Assembly: GCF_009914755.1 (NCBI RefSeq)
Contig: NC_060937.1
DNA from: the human T2T-CHM13v2.0 reference genome, Homo sapiens
DNA length: 64,000 nt
Strand: one strand, 5' to 3'
The position numbers were made by a program, and so were the translations under genes. Under the pieces are notes generated by a model. It was given only the letters and a program-made list of their open reading frames with translations. It was not told the origin of the DNA and made no database searches. Each line of letters starts with the position of its first letter. The first letter of the stretch is position 1. Shown piece after piece: positions 12,114-25,194 of the stretch.

Positions 12114-12310
12114 TGTAATTTATTAATCAGAAATTAGTAATTTCTGATTATTAATTCTATGGTGCTTGATACTTGATTGAGGCTTATTTAATATTTGGAT
12201 CTCTTTTAATTTTTTTCTTTTTTGCTCTTTCTTTCTGCTTTTCCTCTTCCCCTTTTCCTATTGAAATAGAATGCAGAGGATAAAGCAAGCAAACAAAAAA
12301 ACTTCCAGAA

Positions 12311-12480
12311 GAATCACAGAGTTTTAGACCTAGAAAAAAACTGAAAAATCATCCATTCCACTCTCCTCATTTTACAGATGAGGGCATCGAGCCTCAGAGA
12401 AATGAAACTTGCCCAAGACCACACAGCAAGTGAGTGGGGGACTCATGACCCAAGACACTTTTTCCAGGCTTCCTTCTACC
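12311..12480 (-). mobile_element. MIR3/MIR
   Basis: 'cctcattttacagatgaggg..cttgcccaagaccacacagc'. Confidence 0.7.
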
Positions 12481-12963
12481 ACATCATGCTGCAGAAAACA
12501 CAGCAGATGGGAAGAGACGAGGCATGTGGTTGCCATTTCTGTATTACATCCAATTCATATTTCATTTAGAAAATGTATTTCTAGAACTTGTTAAAAAACC
12601 TGAATGATTTTGATTGAAGTTTTTCAAAACTAGGATTACTATGCTTCTAATGGAGATCAAGTTCAAATTTTTAACATATTTTGCCTTATTTTGCCACTCC
12701 CCTCAAAATATCCATAGTATTGAATGCCCAGGTTTCCTGTTTGGAAAAGCCCGAGGATCTGTGCACACTCTGGGCTACTCTTGCCCAGCTCCTGACTGAG
12801 GCACTGGACCTGGCCCGATGCTGCTCTCTGCTGCTGCCCAGCTCTTCTGCTCCACCGGCAACACTGTACCCAGTTAATCATTAGGGCCCTTGTCTCTGTA
12901 CAATTGCTCTGTACAACTCGATAAAATAATCCATGCTAACAAAAGTCTAGAATGGAAGGTGCC

Positions 12964-13293
12964 TGCTATGGTTTGAATGTTTGTCCCCTCCCAAATTCAT
13001 GATGAAATTTAAGCCGTATTAGAAAGTGGGACTTTTGAGAGGTGATAAGGCCATGCAGGGCCCCCCTCATGGGTGGGATTGGTGCTGGTATAAAAGGGTG
13101 AGCTTAGCCCCCTGCCTCTCTCACCTCCTCACCTTCTGCCATGTGATGATGCAGCAAGAAGGCTCTCGCCAGATGTCGGCACCTTACTATTGGCCTTCCC
13201 AACTTTCGGGACTATGAGCCAATACATTTCTGCTTATTGTAAATTACCTAGTTTCAGCTATTCTGTCATAGCAGCACACAACAGACTAAGACG
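12964..13293 (+). mobile_element. MST (MSTC/D-like) MaLR solo LTR
   Basis: 'tgctatggtttgaatgtttgtcccctcc...gccatgtgatgatgcagcaagaaggc...gactaagac'. Confidence 0.8.
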
Positions 13294-13717
13294 CTCTTCA
13301 ACTCACTCCTCACAATCCTGTGTTGTTCTAGGAAAAACTGTGTAATTTAACATTGCCTCTTTAGAGACAACGTCCCTCCTCTATCTCTCAGAAAGAGGCT
13401 TTCTCAGTAAAGAGGAGGAGGATGTTGGGTGGGGGAGAGGGTTGGGAGTACTTTGGTTTTTCCCACCGGTATGGCCATGAGATCCCTCTGTTTGCAGCAC
13501 CTCGGCATCTGCCTGCCTACTCCTGAGTTGGGCCCTGTGGTCATGAATTCTTCTGTCAAATAACTATTCCTAAAAACAAGCATGCATGACTAACCATGAG
13601 ACAATTGCAGTGATGCAAGTGTATGTGACTTATCTCATCTACCCAGTGTGACAGCTTGACACTCAAGGGGGAGATTTTCACCATCGATTCCCAGAACAAA
13701 GAATTTAGAGTAATGCT

Positions 13718-13835
13718 GGAGGCTGAGGCAGGAGAATGGCGTGAACCCGGGAGGCAGAGCTTGCCATGAGCTGAGATAGCGCCACTGCACTCCAGCCTGG
13801 GCGACTGAGGGAGACTCCATCCCCCCCAAAAAAAA
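13718..13835 (+). mobile_element. 5'-truncated AluY right-arm fragment with an 18-bp TSD
   Basis: 'gagaatggcgtgaacccgggaggcagagcttgc'; TSD aaagaatttagagtaatg at 13698-13715 and 13833-13850. Confidence 0.9.
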
Positions 13836-14184
13836 GAATTTAGAGTAATGAACATTTATGTATGGGTGGCCCTGTGATGTCTCTGATAACATCCCTTGTT
13901 TGGCCAAATTCTCGGACTCTAAAAGACAGTATTGGCTCTGCAGGCTTTCTGGGCTCAGCGAACCTGCAATACCAAAGTTCCACATTTTGGGGAGTACTAC
14001 CTCATCTGTGTAAGTACAGTTCTGAAAATTATTGTAAAATGTGTTCTACAAATAATGGGGTAATTTATTGCTGTAAATTATCAAACAAGCTAATCAAAAT
14101 ATGCATTCACTTATTCATTTTTTTTCAATCATTCATAACACAGACGTACAAATGATTATCTATGGATTTTTGGAGTTGCAAAAA

Positions 14185-14350
14185 TAGAATCTTAGCTCCA
14201 CCACTTACCAGTTTAATATTCTGGCCCTAGGAAAGTTACTTAATGATCTGATCCTCAGTACCTATCATCACTTGAAAAAAAATGGGAAAATAATACCAAT
14301 CTCATAGCTTGGTCATAAAGATTCAGTAAAATAATGCATGCATGTGCCTA
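14185..14350 (+). mobile_element. MIR
   Basis: 'gctccaccacttacc..aagttacttaa..cctcagt..aaatgggaaaataatacc'. Confidence 0.65.
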
Positions 14351-15374
14351 AAACCAAACAGTCACAGAATGGAGGTAGGAGCCTTACCGTAGATTCCAAC
14401 ATAATGGTGTCAATCAGCAAAGTTCATCAGATCAAGGCACAGACTGCCAATTATGCATCATGCTGGCATTTGATGCCTAGAAATCCATGTTCCTCTTGCA
14501 TGAAGCTTTCCTCTTAATCTGTACTTTGTTCCTGTTCAACATTTTGGCATTTTTCTAAGTCCCTCAACCTTAGGGCTCTTCTGCTTTCCCACTTAGTGTT
14601 GGATTAATGAACCATTGCTGGTTAAACCACCTCATCCTCTCCTCAGACCCAGTAGAAACAGTAGAACCAGGGGCTGAAGCCATCGTCCCATTGTCTTCAG
14701 CACAATGAGTCCTGTGAGCCTAAGCTCCTAGGAAGAGAGTTGCTTTTGGCTGCAAAGGGTGTATAACAGCAGCTGAACCAGGCAGTGCAATATTCATGGG
14801 GCTTTTTACTTTGTGGAACTTGAGAGTAAATTTAAAAGACAACTTACTTCTAACTTTCTCATTTTCAAGAAGAAATGAGGCCCAGAAAGGTAGGGGGTTT
14901 GCCAGGATGAGACAGCTCTTAAGTGGCTAGATCTATCCCTACTAATGACTCAGATTAAACAGTTGCTTAGGATACCCCAAAGTCATCTCTGCACTTCAAA
15001 AGATTAAGTGCTTGTATAGACAATATCACATATTCCACTACAGCAATTTAATGATTTCCTGATGATATATGATAGGTCCCAGATTATCACTAAAAGGTAT
15101 TTTAAATTTTTACAACTGACACAATTTGGGAGCCAAAAGTAACTCTTGGAATTGGAATCTAGTTAGCACATGTCTGGTTGGAAGCCACAAGGTGACATAC
15201 TCCAGTGGCTTCCAAACTGTCTGTGCGACTAGCAGTCCCCATGATCGCATGGCTCAGAGATTGAATGAGGAGGCATCAAAGAGTTTGCCCCACATCTATC
15301 TTACCCTGAAATCCAATATCTTCTTTTGTGAAATAATATGGTTAAAAATAAATTCAAATAGAACAAAAGGGTAG

Positions 15375-15858
15375 TAGATTAGTCAAGATTCTCCAGAAAA
15401 ATAGAACCAATAGGATGTACATGTATATCTATATCTATATATCTGCAGAGAGACGTATTTTAAAGAATTGGCTCGTGGGATTGTGGGGCCTGGAAATCTG
15501 AAATCTGCAGAGAAAGCCAGCAGGCTGGAAATTCAGGTAAGCATTGATATTGCAGTCCTGAGTCCAAATCTGAAGGGCAGCCGGCAGGCTGGGAACTCAA
15601 GCAGGGTTTTTATGCTGCAGTCTTAAGGCAACATTCCTGGTCTCCAGGAAACCTCAGTGTTTGCTCCTAAGGCCTTCAACTGATAAGAAGGGGCCTAGCT
15701 TGTAAAGGGTAATCTGCTTTTCTCGAAGCCAACTGAATGTAATTGTTAATCACATCTAAAAAATACATTCACAGCAATATCTAGACTAGAGTTTGACCAA
15801 ACAGCTGGGCACCATAGCCTACCCATGACTTTAGTTGACACATGAAATAGCCATCACA
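15375..15858 (-). mobile_element. MLT2B (MLT2B4-like) ERVL LTR
   Basis: 'attagtcaagattctccagaaaaatagaaccaatagga...aattggctc...agttgacacatgaaatagccatcaca'. Confidence 0.8.
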
Positions 15859-17966
15859 GAGTAAACAACGAGAAAGGGACCATATCTCACTCCAGACCCT
15901 TTCTTCCTTTCCCCAGAGGTAAGCTCTTTAAGTGGCCAAACCCATCTTTTCAGGGAGGGGCATTGGTTCTATTTGCATCCAAATGTTTATGTGTGTAAAA
16001 AAGCACCAGACTTTCTCCATTCTTCACATCTCTGCCGTCTTTACTCTGTGCCAGGCCTTCTGCTCACCACTTTGCATGGATTTCCTCCTGTCAGTCCTTT
16101 CAGCCACCCAGACATGCAGTTACTATTCTGTCCCCCCTTTTGCAGATGGGTCAATGGTGAGCAATATTAACATCCTTTCTGTTGAACAAATCTGATGACA
16201 AGAAAGGTTCAATCTGCTTTGGAAAAAAACAAATAATTTGAACCATTTTTATTGGGAAATTGGAGGCAAAAACAAGTTCAGAAAAGTTTCAAAGGCATGC
16301 TTGATGCCAAATATGATTTAAAGCCCTGTGTTCTAGAACCCTTGAGTGACACCAGAGGGACATATGCCGGGGCCGTGTTTTTATTCAGCTCCCCATATAG
16401 ACAGCAATTTTCCTTGTTTTAAATTATTTATTATTTTGTGTTCCCAATTAAGCTATAATGTGACAGGCAAGCTATTTTACAAGGCAATAAAGAAAATAAT
16501 CATGCTCCCCAGCGAGTAAACTGCAAGGCCAAAAGGTGAGTTGTTTATATCAGAGACAGAACCATATTACCACATTGAAAAACAGTAGGCATGGCTTGTT
16601 ATTGCTGCTACAAGTAAAAATGGCTATAGAACAGAACAAGAGAAACTGGTTCCCAGCCTCCTTAAAAGCACTTATTTTTAGAATAATGACAAAACTGTCT
16701 GTGTTTGCATAAGGAGCAAAAATGATTGATAGACGGCCTGAAGGGAGCCAAGTCTTACCCCCAAATTAGGACCGCAGGGACAAGGAGGTGCTGAAAGGGT
16801 CAGGAGCAGAAAGATCTCCTGGGGTGGATGAATGGCAGAAAAATCTAACAGTAGGTTAACTTGATTTGAGGGTCCCATCTTCTGAACATGCTGAACACAC
16901 CATATCTTAAATTCAAATTAGCCTGTCTATGGAAAACGAAAATGATATTATGAGTCCTGCCTTGTCATTATGGTGGTTTATGGGAAGCCCAGATGGCTAC
17001 ATATGGCCACCAGACGGGAGTTGGCCTTCAAAACAAAAACAAAATAAACCAAAAAGCCCTCACCCTCAAATAAAGCCAGAAGAACTCACCTGCTGAGAGG
17101 CACCATGCATTTCAGCTGGTAATAGCTGGTGACAAGTGAGCCCAGGGGTAAGACGGGGAAGGAGCTAGAGGAGTGTGTCATCAGAGCTGTTTTCATCTCC
17201 CCCTGGTGGGTGGCACAGGGCTGTTTGTTGGCTGTGGGTTCACGTGTCTGGGATATTGCAGGAAGTGGCGAGGAAAGAAGAATGAAGACAAAGAATATGG
17301 AGTTTCCATTGATTTAGCCAAGTCCATAACAGAAGAAAAGTGCCTTCCTTCGGAACTTCCAATACAATGTGTGAGAATGGACCTGTTACAACTTGTATTA
17401 CTCGCAGGGTTCCCCCACTACCAAGAATAGGGGTGGCCTTAGAAGGCACTCTGAAGCAAGAATCAGCAAGTGACTGAATCTATGAGACTCGTATTGATCA
17501 GCCTCAAAAGAAATGAGTCCTACCTTCTCGGTCTCTTAAGAAATTCATTCTCTTGAAAAGCAATTCAAAAAGAGCTTTCCCTAATACACATTAGATAAAC
17601 AATGAGATATCCTCCTAGCTTTCTCTTGGGAAACTTTCACTTTATATCTTTTCAATTTATTCTCATCTTTTTTTTTGTTCCTTCCTTCCCTACTTTTAGG
17701 CTTTGTTGTTCAAAAGCTAGCTCGTAGAATTTTTTTAAATCTTTGTATTCATATATCCCTAACTAGAGCATGATCTTTTTCTGGCTGGTGGATCCTCCCC
17801 AGAATGTTTGCATGTATTAGGGCTCCAGTGAATAGGTGTTGGTCATGAGGAAGGATGACCAGCTAAGGGAGCTAATGGCTTAGACAGACACTGTAGAATT
17901 GCAAGGAATAGAGATGTGCTCAAGATACCTTGGTTGGCGAGGTTTATTGTTGCAGAAACACACTGG

Positions 17967-18470
17967 GTGGTAGCCAGTCAACCAAGACGGCGGCCATCAA
18001 TTCCTTACCTTTCTTTGTGTACATGCTGCACCCCATGACCAAAGGTAGGGCCTTTTTTCTCCTCCCTTGTATTTCGACTGGCCTCATACCTTGCTTTCAA
18101 CAGTGAAATGTAACAGTGGTGAAGTTGGACTTGTTCCAAGCCTAGACTTTAAGCCTTCTGTTTCCTACTTCTTAGAAGCCAGTCACCATGCAAGAAGCCT
18201 GCCTACCCAGTAACCAGCTGTGAGAAGTCCAAGCTGGCTACACAAAGGGGGGGACACTGAGGTGCCAGACAGGTGGGTAAGGCCTGCCTGAACCTTCCAG
18301 CTCTGCCCAACACTCAGCTGAATGCAGTGAATCAGCCAGCCCAGCTGAGAACACAGTGAGCAGAGGTTCTGATCCTGCCTGGATTCCAGACCCACAGAAT
18401 CCAGAGAAATCATGTGACTTTAAGCCACTAACTTTTGCAATAGATTAATGTACAACAATAGATAAAACAC
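17967..18470 (+). mobile_element. MLT1 (G/H-like) MaLR LTR
   Basis: 'ctcagctgaatgcag..cccagctgag..ttccagacccacagaatc..tttaagccactaa..caatagataa'. Confidence 0.7.
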
Positions 18471-18507
18471 ACAGAAAAGTCAAGAAAATGTTTTTGAAGA
18501 AAAGTGA

Positions 18508-18750
18508 TCTCCGTAGGTTAACTGCAGTTGGTTAATACTAATTTATTGTATATTTCAAAATAGCTAGAAGATAATAATTAGAATGTTCCTAGCATAAAGA
18601 AAAGACAATTTAAGGTGATGGATATGCCAATTACACTGATTTGATCTTTACACATTATATGAATGTATTCAATTATCACATGTACCCTGAAAATATGTAC
18701 ATCTATTATGTGTAATAAAAATAAATCAAAACTTTTTAAAGAATAAAAAG
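18508..18750 (+). mobile_element. L1MA 3' end
   Basis: 'tttattgtatatttcaaaatagctagaag..ggtgatggatatgccaattacactgatttgatc..atcacatgtaccctgaaaatatgtacatctattatg' followed by an A-rich tail. Confidence 0.85.
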
Positions 18751-21700
18751 CGGTCGCACATCTAAACAGGGCTTATGGAGTCTGAGGCTTTCTCTGGGTG
18801 TTTATTGCATGTTGGAAAACTCCTAATTCCCTCCCCGTGGGTCACTGAGTAGGTCACGGTCCCTGAACAAGGGTCCAGTTGTTCAGCCACCCTATGGGTC
18901 TAAGGCCTGGCCGCTCCTTGGCTTCAGGTCAGCTTCAGGATGGCTGACTTGGGATCACGTGCAAGACCTTGGCTTGGTCACTTGAGGAGAAGGTGGCTGG
19001 GCACAAGGTTACATGTTTGGGAAACAACTCCCACAGCTCTGTTAGAATTCAGAGACTGGGATTCATATGTAAATAGCACATTCCCTCTGGGTTATTCCAT
19101 CTCTTAAGTCTTCTGGGCTGAATGGAGTGCCCGGGGCATTAGAAGTGGCAATGATGAGGCCTTTGAGGTGGGCCAGGGCCCCACTTTCTCACATATTAAT
19201 GTAAATACCCTCACAGTATGGGGAGGCCGTATGTGGGATCATAGAGAAGAAGGGGAAGGGACAGACAACACAACTCCTGACTCGAACACCACTAAACCTT
19301 TCGTGCGCTAAAGAAATGTTTGGCTTTCCCACGATTGGAAGCCTGGCTATTACCATAGAGCATTTTCCTCAGGCTCCGGTACATTTCTGGATTCCATTTG
19401 TGAGTCTGGATATGGATGTGAATATTTTTCTGTCACTGGGAAAACAAAATAAGTCCAAGAGAATGACTTGGAATCGCTGCAACTCAAAAGTACTCTGTTT
19501 ACCAATATGCAGTGCAAATAAGACCCAAGAAACAGCACCTGCTCCTTGCAGCTTCACTTACAACTAGTGCTTTGGGATTGTTGTTTTTTCTTTTTTTACA
19601 CAGGGTTTCTCCTTGAAGAGGCCGCACTTCCTGGATGCTCTTCATGAGCCTCCTCCCACCTGATGTGCCCTTTTTGCTGTTAAAAGGAGTGTAATCCACC
19701 CTCAAAGGCCAACATTTCCTGATGACATATATGGAGAATTAAACGCTATTGCAAGGTGGAAACCTTAACTTTAGATCATTAACATGCTTCAGGACTCTAT
19801 GCTTGCCAGTAGGCTCTCTCTGGCTAAAAAGTGGGTTCATGGTATTAAATGTCGAATACTCACAATGAACCTGCAAACTATTCATTACAGGAGTCCCACC
19901 TCCCCCAGACACTTCTTGAAGTTTAATGTTTCTGGTGAAGAGAACCAGAGATTGGTGATTTCACAGACTTTCCTGGGAAGAAAATAGAAGAAATTCACTC
20001 CCACCTCCAGACAATGTGGCTTTTCCCAGATGGAACTTATTGTGCAAAGCTGCACACAAATAAAAGAAACTTTTGGTGAATTTGATTTAATGTTTACAAA
20101 GTATATTTATTAAACAGACTTTTTCCTATTGAAAATTTCCACTGTGGTCCTGGAAAAAGATCAAGGTCAGTTCTTACTAAGTAAGCCTATTTGATGCAAG
20201 CTTCCACGTCAGTCCACCAAAAACAATTATGAAGCATTCGGCGTGGGAGAAACAGCCCTCGCCCTGCTCAGGACTGTGAACCTGGTGAACTCCGTCCACG
20301 GCACCACCCAGTTTCTTTTCTCAGCTCATTTTTTCCCTCTCTGGGGCTTCAATATCTCTTTCATGAAGGGGTCATCCCTATGCCCACTAACAGGCAGCTC
20401 CTGTCATGCCAGCACAGCAGTAGATGACAGCACAGCACTCATCTACAACAGACAGCAAATGTAGACTAGGGACTTTTTTTGTTTTTTTTCTAATTATGGA
20501 GTGAAAGATTTTTTCCCAGCTAAAAAGAAGGTATTGGGGGTGGAGTTCCCATGCAGCCAACACTACATTATGGAAGCTGTTGCCGAGTCTCCTCACATGA
20601 AGGGCAGTCCCAAAATAGAGAATTCTACAAGGTATTCCCCTGAAATGGTGCTTTCCAAACAATGAACCATGAACCCCTTGCAACTTCAGAGCTTGCATCT
20701 ATTTTCTTAAAGGACACTGAGAATACAGTTCCTATGGAGAGGGAGGGAGTTGAGGTCTTAGACTTTTAATTTTTACATTAAAATAAGAGGTTTTTACTTG
20801 AAAATGTTGTGAAGCAGTGCAATTTTTTTAAAAAGAACAGCACGGCCTCATTAAGGAACTGGTAGTCCAATAGAGATATAGGTCAAGTTGACAGAAGAAA
20901 AATAATGAAATAAAATATGCAGCACTTGAAAATAATACTGAAAACAGATATTTATATACACATAAACTCTAATATATATACACACACATACATGGACAGA
21001 GAGATGGATAGATTTCCTGCATATTTACGGAACTGAATGCAGATAGCGAGGTTAGTTGTGAAGTTCAATGGAGAAGCTGGTGTTTGAATGGATATTTTCA
21101 ACTTGGTGATATGTCATTTCATTCATTCATTTAACAAAGCATCATCCCTAGCATCACTTACTAGGACTAGGAGGTGTCTCAAGCAAGTAATGACAGCTGC
21201 TGCCCTGAAGATAAGTTCAGTCTGTTGTGCGAGCACACACATCCATCTGGTATGATCTACTTTACTTCGGGGGGGGGGTACAAATATATTGTAACACTCA
21301 CATTTCTCAGTTAAACACATCGGCACCCACATGCACTTTTACCCACCAAGTCTAGCATTAGCCCCTCCTGTGCGGTGAGCCTCCAGTCTTGGACCCCGAG
21401 GTCACAACATCTCTCTTATTTCACACTCATGCACGCTGTCATTGATCCCCCAAGCATGAATCCAGGTCCAGGTGGCTGGGCCCATGCATAGCTCCAGTTT
21501 CAGGCCAAATCGTGACTGGTGATTTTTTAAAATTATGCCAGCTCAGTATCTCCCACCTTCCTGGGGGCCTGCCAGCAGAACTCGTCTGCTCCAGGGTCTC
21601 TCACTTAAAAAGAGAGGCTGTCGTAAGGGTCTTCATTTTTTCCCTCCCAAAACATCGTTGTGTTCCTTATGGCAATCCCTGCCTCCTTTTCCAGCATTAT

Positions 21701-22662
21701 AGATTCCCAAGAGAAGAACAGCCTTTGTGAAGACAGAGAAAAAGAAAATGAAAAGATGATTCAGGGAGTCAGCTCCTCTCACTTGCCCAATCAAGGGGTT
21801 ACTTGCATCACCCCCACAAGGCAAACAGAAGGAAGTCAAATGATGTTTTTCCCATAATTAGGAAGATCTGCTTCACAGTCACCTGCTGCCCACTCCCAGA
21901 TTTTCAGGAGCTCAGCAATTTTTTTAAATTCCATCTCACCAGAATGCCATGCACACAAATGGCCAAGTCATTGCAATTGTGATAGATGTTGCACACAAAA
22001 AGCACAAGGGGATGGGAATGCAGAAAGCAGGGGGAGCTGCACCCCTCTGCTAGTGGGGTGGGAACTACGGGTGCAGAGATGGGTTTTCCATGTGGGAATG
22101 AAATCTAGGTTTAGGCCCAGTGGGTGAGGAGATGTTAGCCAGGTAGGCAGAGGAGCAGGGGTGAATGGGAGACTGCAGGGAGAGGGAGCTGGATTGTTCA
22201 GAAAACCAAAACACCCAGATAAAATGATGTAAGATCAGGCTGGAGTGTGAGGTCTGGGCCAGAGCCTAGAGATGTGTAGGGACTGACCCAGTGTAGACTG
22301 AGGAGTGCATGCACTTGCAGATCCCACGAGGGAAATGTGCAGAGCCCTGGGCCAGCAGAACTTGGAAGCATGGGTTCATGCAGCTGGGACAAGGTCTCTG
22401 TTTGCCTCTGGTGGTAGAAATCCAAGAATAGTGTTGGGGGTGACCAGGATTCTGGTTTTCCTAGGACAGTCCGGGCTTATACTTATTGTCATTCCTCTTT
22501 TCACTATGGAAAATATTCTGGCTTATGACCCTCGAATGGTTTGTAATAATAATAATTTTATGATGATAATGATAATAATAAACTGCACAGAAAGAGAGAG
22601 GAGAAAGAACAAGACAATGAAAAAGCAAACGTTGCAAAACATTAAAAATTGGTGAATCTGGG

Positions 22663-23451
<789 letters not shown>

Positions 23452-25194
23452 CTGGGTCAAGGAGATACGTGAGTGCTTCATACTTACCTAGTTTTTGTAA
23501 GTTACAAATTATTTAAAAATAAAGTGTTTTAAAGGATGAACAGGTATGGAAGATAAATTATATGCTCACTCTAATAAGAGTCAGAAACTTCCCTCTCCCC
23601 AGCCCCTTCAATCCTCTTCTCTCTTAATTTTCTGAAAAATACTTAGTAGATCATACAGGTACGACAGCCTCTTAATCCAAACATGCCCATGCATTTGCTG
23701 AATTGTGTTTTAAAGGCAAATGCTAACACAAAGTGATCCCCACTGCTATCTTTTTTAAAGGCTGAGAAAAATCTTTAAGTTTCCCAGCAGTGAAATTTAT
23801 AAATTTAACATTGTCAGAGAATGCAACCTTCTACACTCTTACAAAGACTCTAATAATTAAAGAGCCAAGAAGGAGTCTCAAGAGCTTTTTTAAATTATTA
23901 TTTAAACATGCTTTCCTCTGCAGTGAAGGAACAATCCAACGCTATTATAAATGTCTCTTTGCATCTGCTCATGTTCTCCGCACATTGCCACATATTTATT
24001 CAGGCCTGCAACTTGAGATTCCATGCTGTTATTTCCATCACTCAAGGCTCTTTTGCTGTCCCTAGGCTCGTGTTCTCTCGTATCCACACGGGGAAGGTTT
24101 TCCTTCCTCCTCAGCTGTCTCCTTTCATCCAAATTGCTCATACCCTCTACCTCCTGAACCCACTTGTATCATCCTTACCCATATAATGGTATTATTATTG
24201 CCAGTCACGCTAATAACCTTAACTAAGGCCTTTCTGGGGAAGGGGAAGGAGGCACACAGAGGAGAAGTGGGGTATGAACCATGGTTCCAAAGGGCTAAAG
24301 AGCTGCCTCCAGCAGGGTTCTGCACCCACCACCTCCCCCGGCCCAACCAGCACTTGGATGGGAAGGAATGAAAGCAAAGTGACGTTCACCATTGCAGACC
24401 CTTGAGACACAGCCGTCAGGGCTGGAAGAAGAATATGGAAGCCAGGAAAGGCTTAAGGGGGAAAAATAAAGGGAAACCCAAGGAAACAAAAAGGAAACTG
24501 AGGTCAGACAAAACTGGGTGTGGAGCCCTGCTTCAGACAGCTTTTGAGGCAGGTGTAAACAGAAACTCAGGTTTGGGGAAAACAGCTCCATTCTAGTTGT
24601 GGACAGGACAAACACATGGCAAAATATTTGAAAGCCAATACACAGCAATTTCCTGAAGAAAAGGAATTGAATTACAAAAGAAAAGGTGGGGAGAAGGGGG
24701 GTACTTTGACAAACGGCCACATTTTCATTTGGGCTTAAAACTTTGAAAGACTCACTGGACAAATAAAAGTGGGATATTCAAGGTAGTATATAAAGATACT
24801 GTGCAACTCGTTTCTTTGTAATATTTCCATAAAAGAAGGAAGTCCTGAGAATGTTTGCTGCAGCTATTTGCATTGTACAAGAACTAATGTTTTGCTTCTT
24901 GTCATTGGGCAGATTGGCAGATTACCATCTGTAATAGACACAGAATATATACAGAGCCACCTTGCCTCAGTTCAAAAGTCATCTGCTTCCCAGACTTGCA
25001 TTCCTTCAGACTCCACCCACAAGTTTCCTTTTCCATGATCTTCCCTAAATTCAAGTAGCAAAAAATGATATGCATCACTGAATTTGAATATTTTTGCCTT
25101 CTCTTTCAACTATTTCATAACAATTCTGCAAAATTTACCAGAAGAAAGGCACCTGGTGATGGCTATCCACACTCCAGACCTCTCCCCGCTGATC

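Larger units (their letters stand above)
11555..12120 (+). mobile_element. MIR split by MLT1A0 (MIR parts about 11555-11646 and 12014-12120)
   Basis: Head 'gagacagtgtggcattgtagaaagac' resembles MIR 'gaggcagtgtggtgtagtggaaagagc'; core resumes after the LTR as 'aaccttggtcaaacgtttaacc..ctgaaatggtgacaataac..caggattaa'. Confidence 0.55.
10900..12140 (+). ncRNA. LINC00460: lncRNA LINC00460, 3 exons: about 10900-11027, 11229-11446, 11562-about 12140
   Basis: Recognised from memory (e.g. ACGCAGTGGATGAGAACGAA, GGCATTGTAGAAAGACTGAGCG). Seen in sequence: donor gag|GTGACG after 11027; acceptor ttctcCAG|11229; donor act|GTGAGT after 11446; branch CTAAC 11518-11522, pyrimidine tract and acceptor CAG|11562 (alternative AG at 11556-57); AATAAA 12108-12113. 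TSS and cleavage site approximate. Confidence 0.85.
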
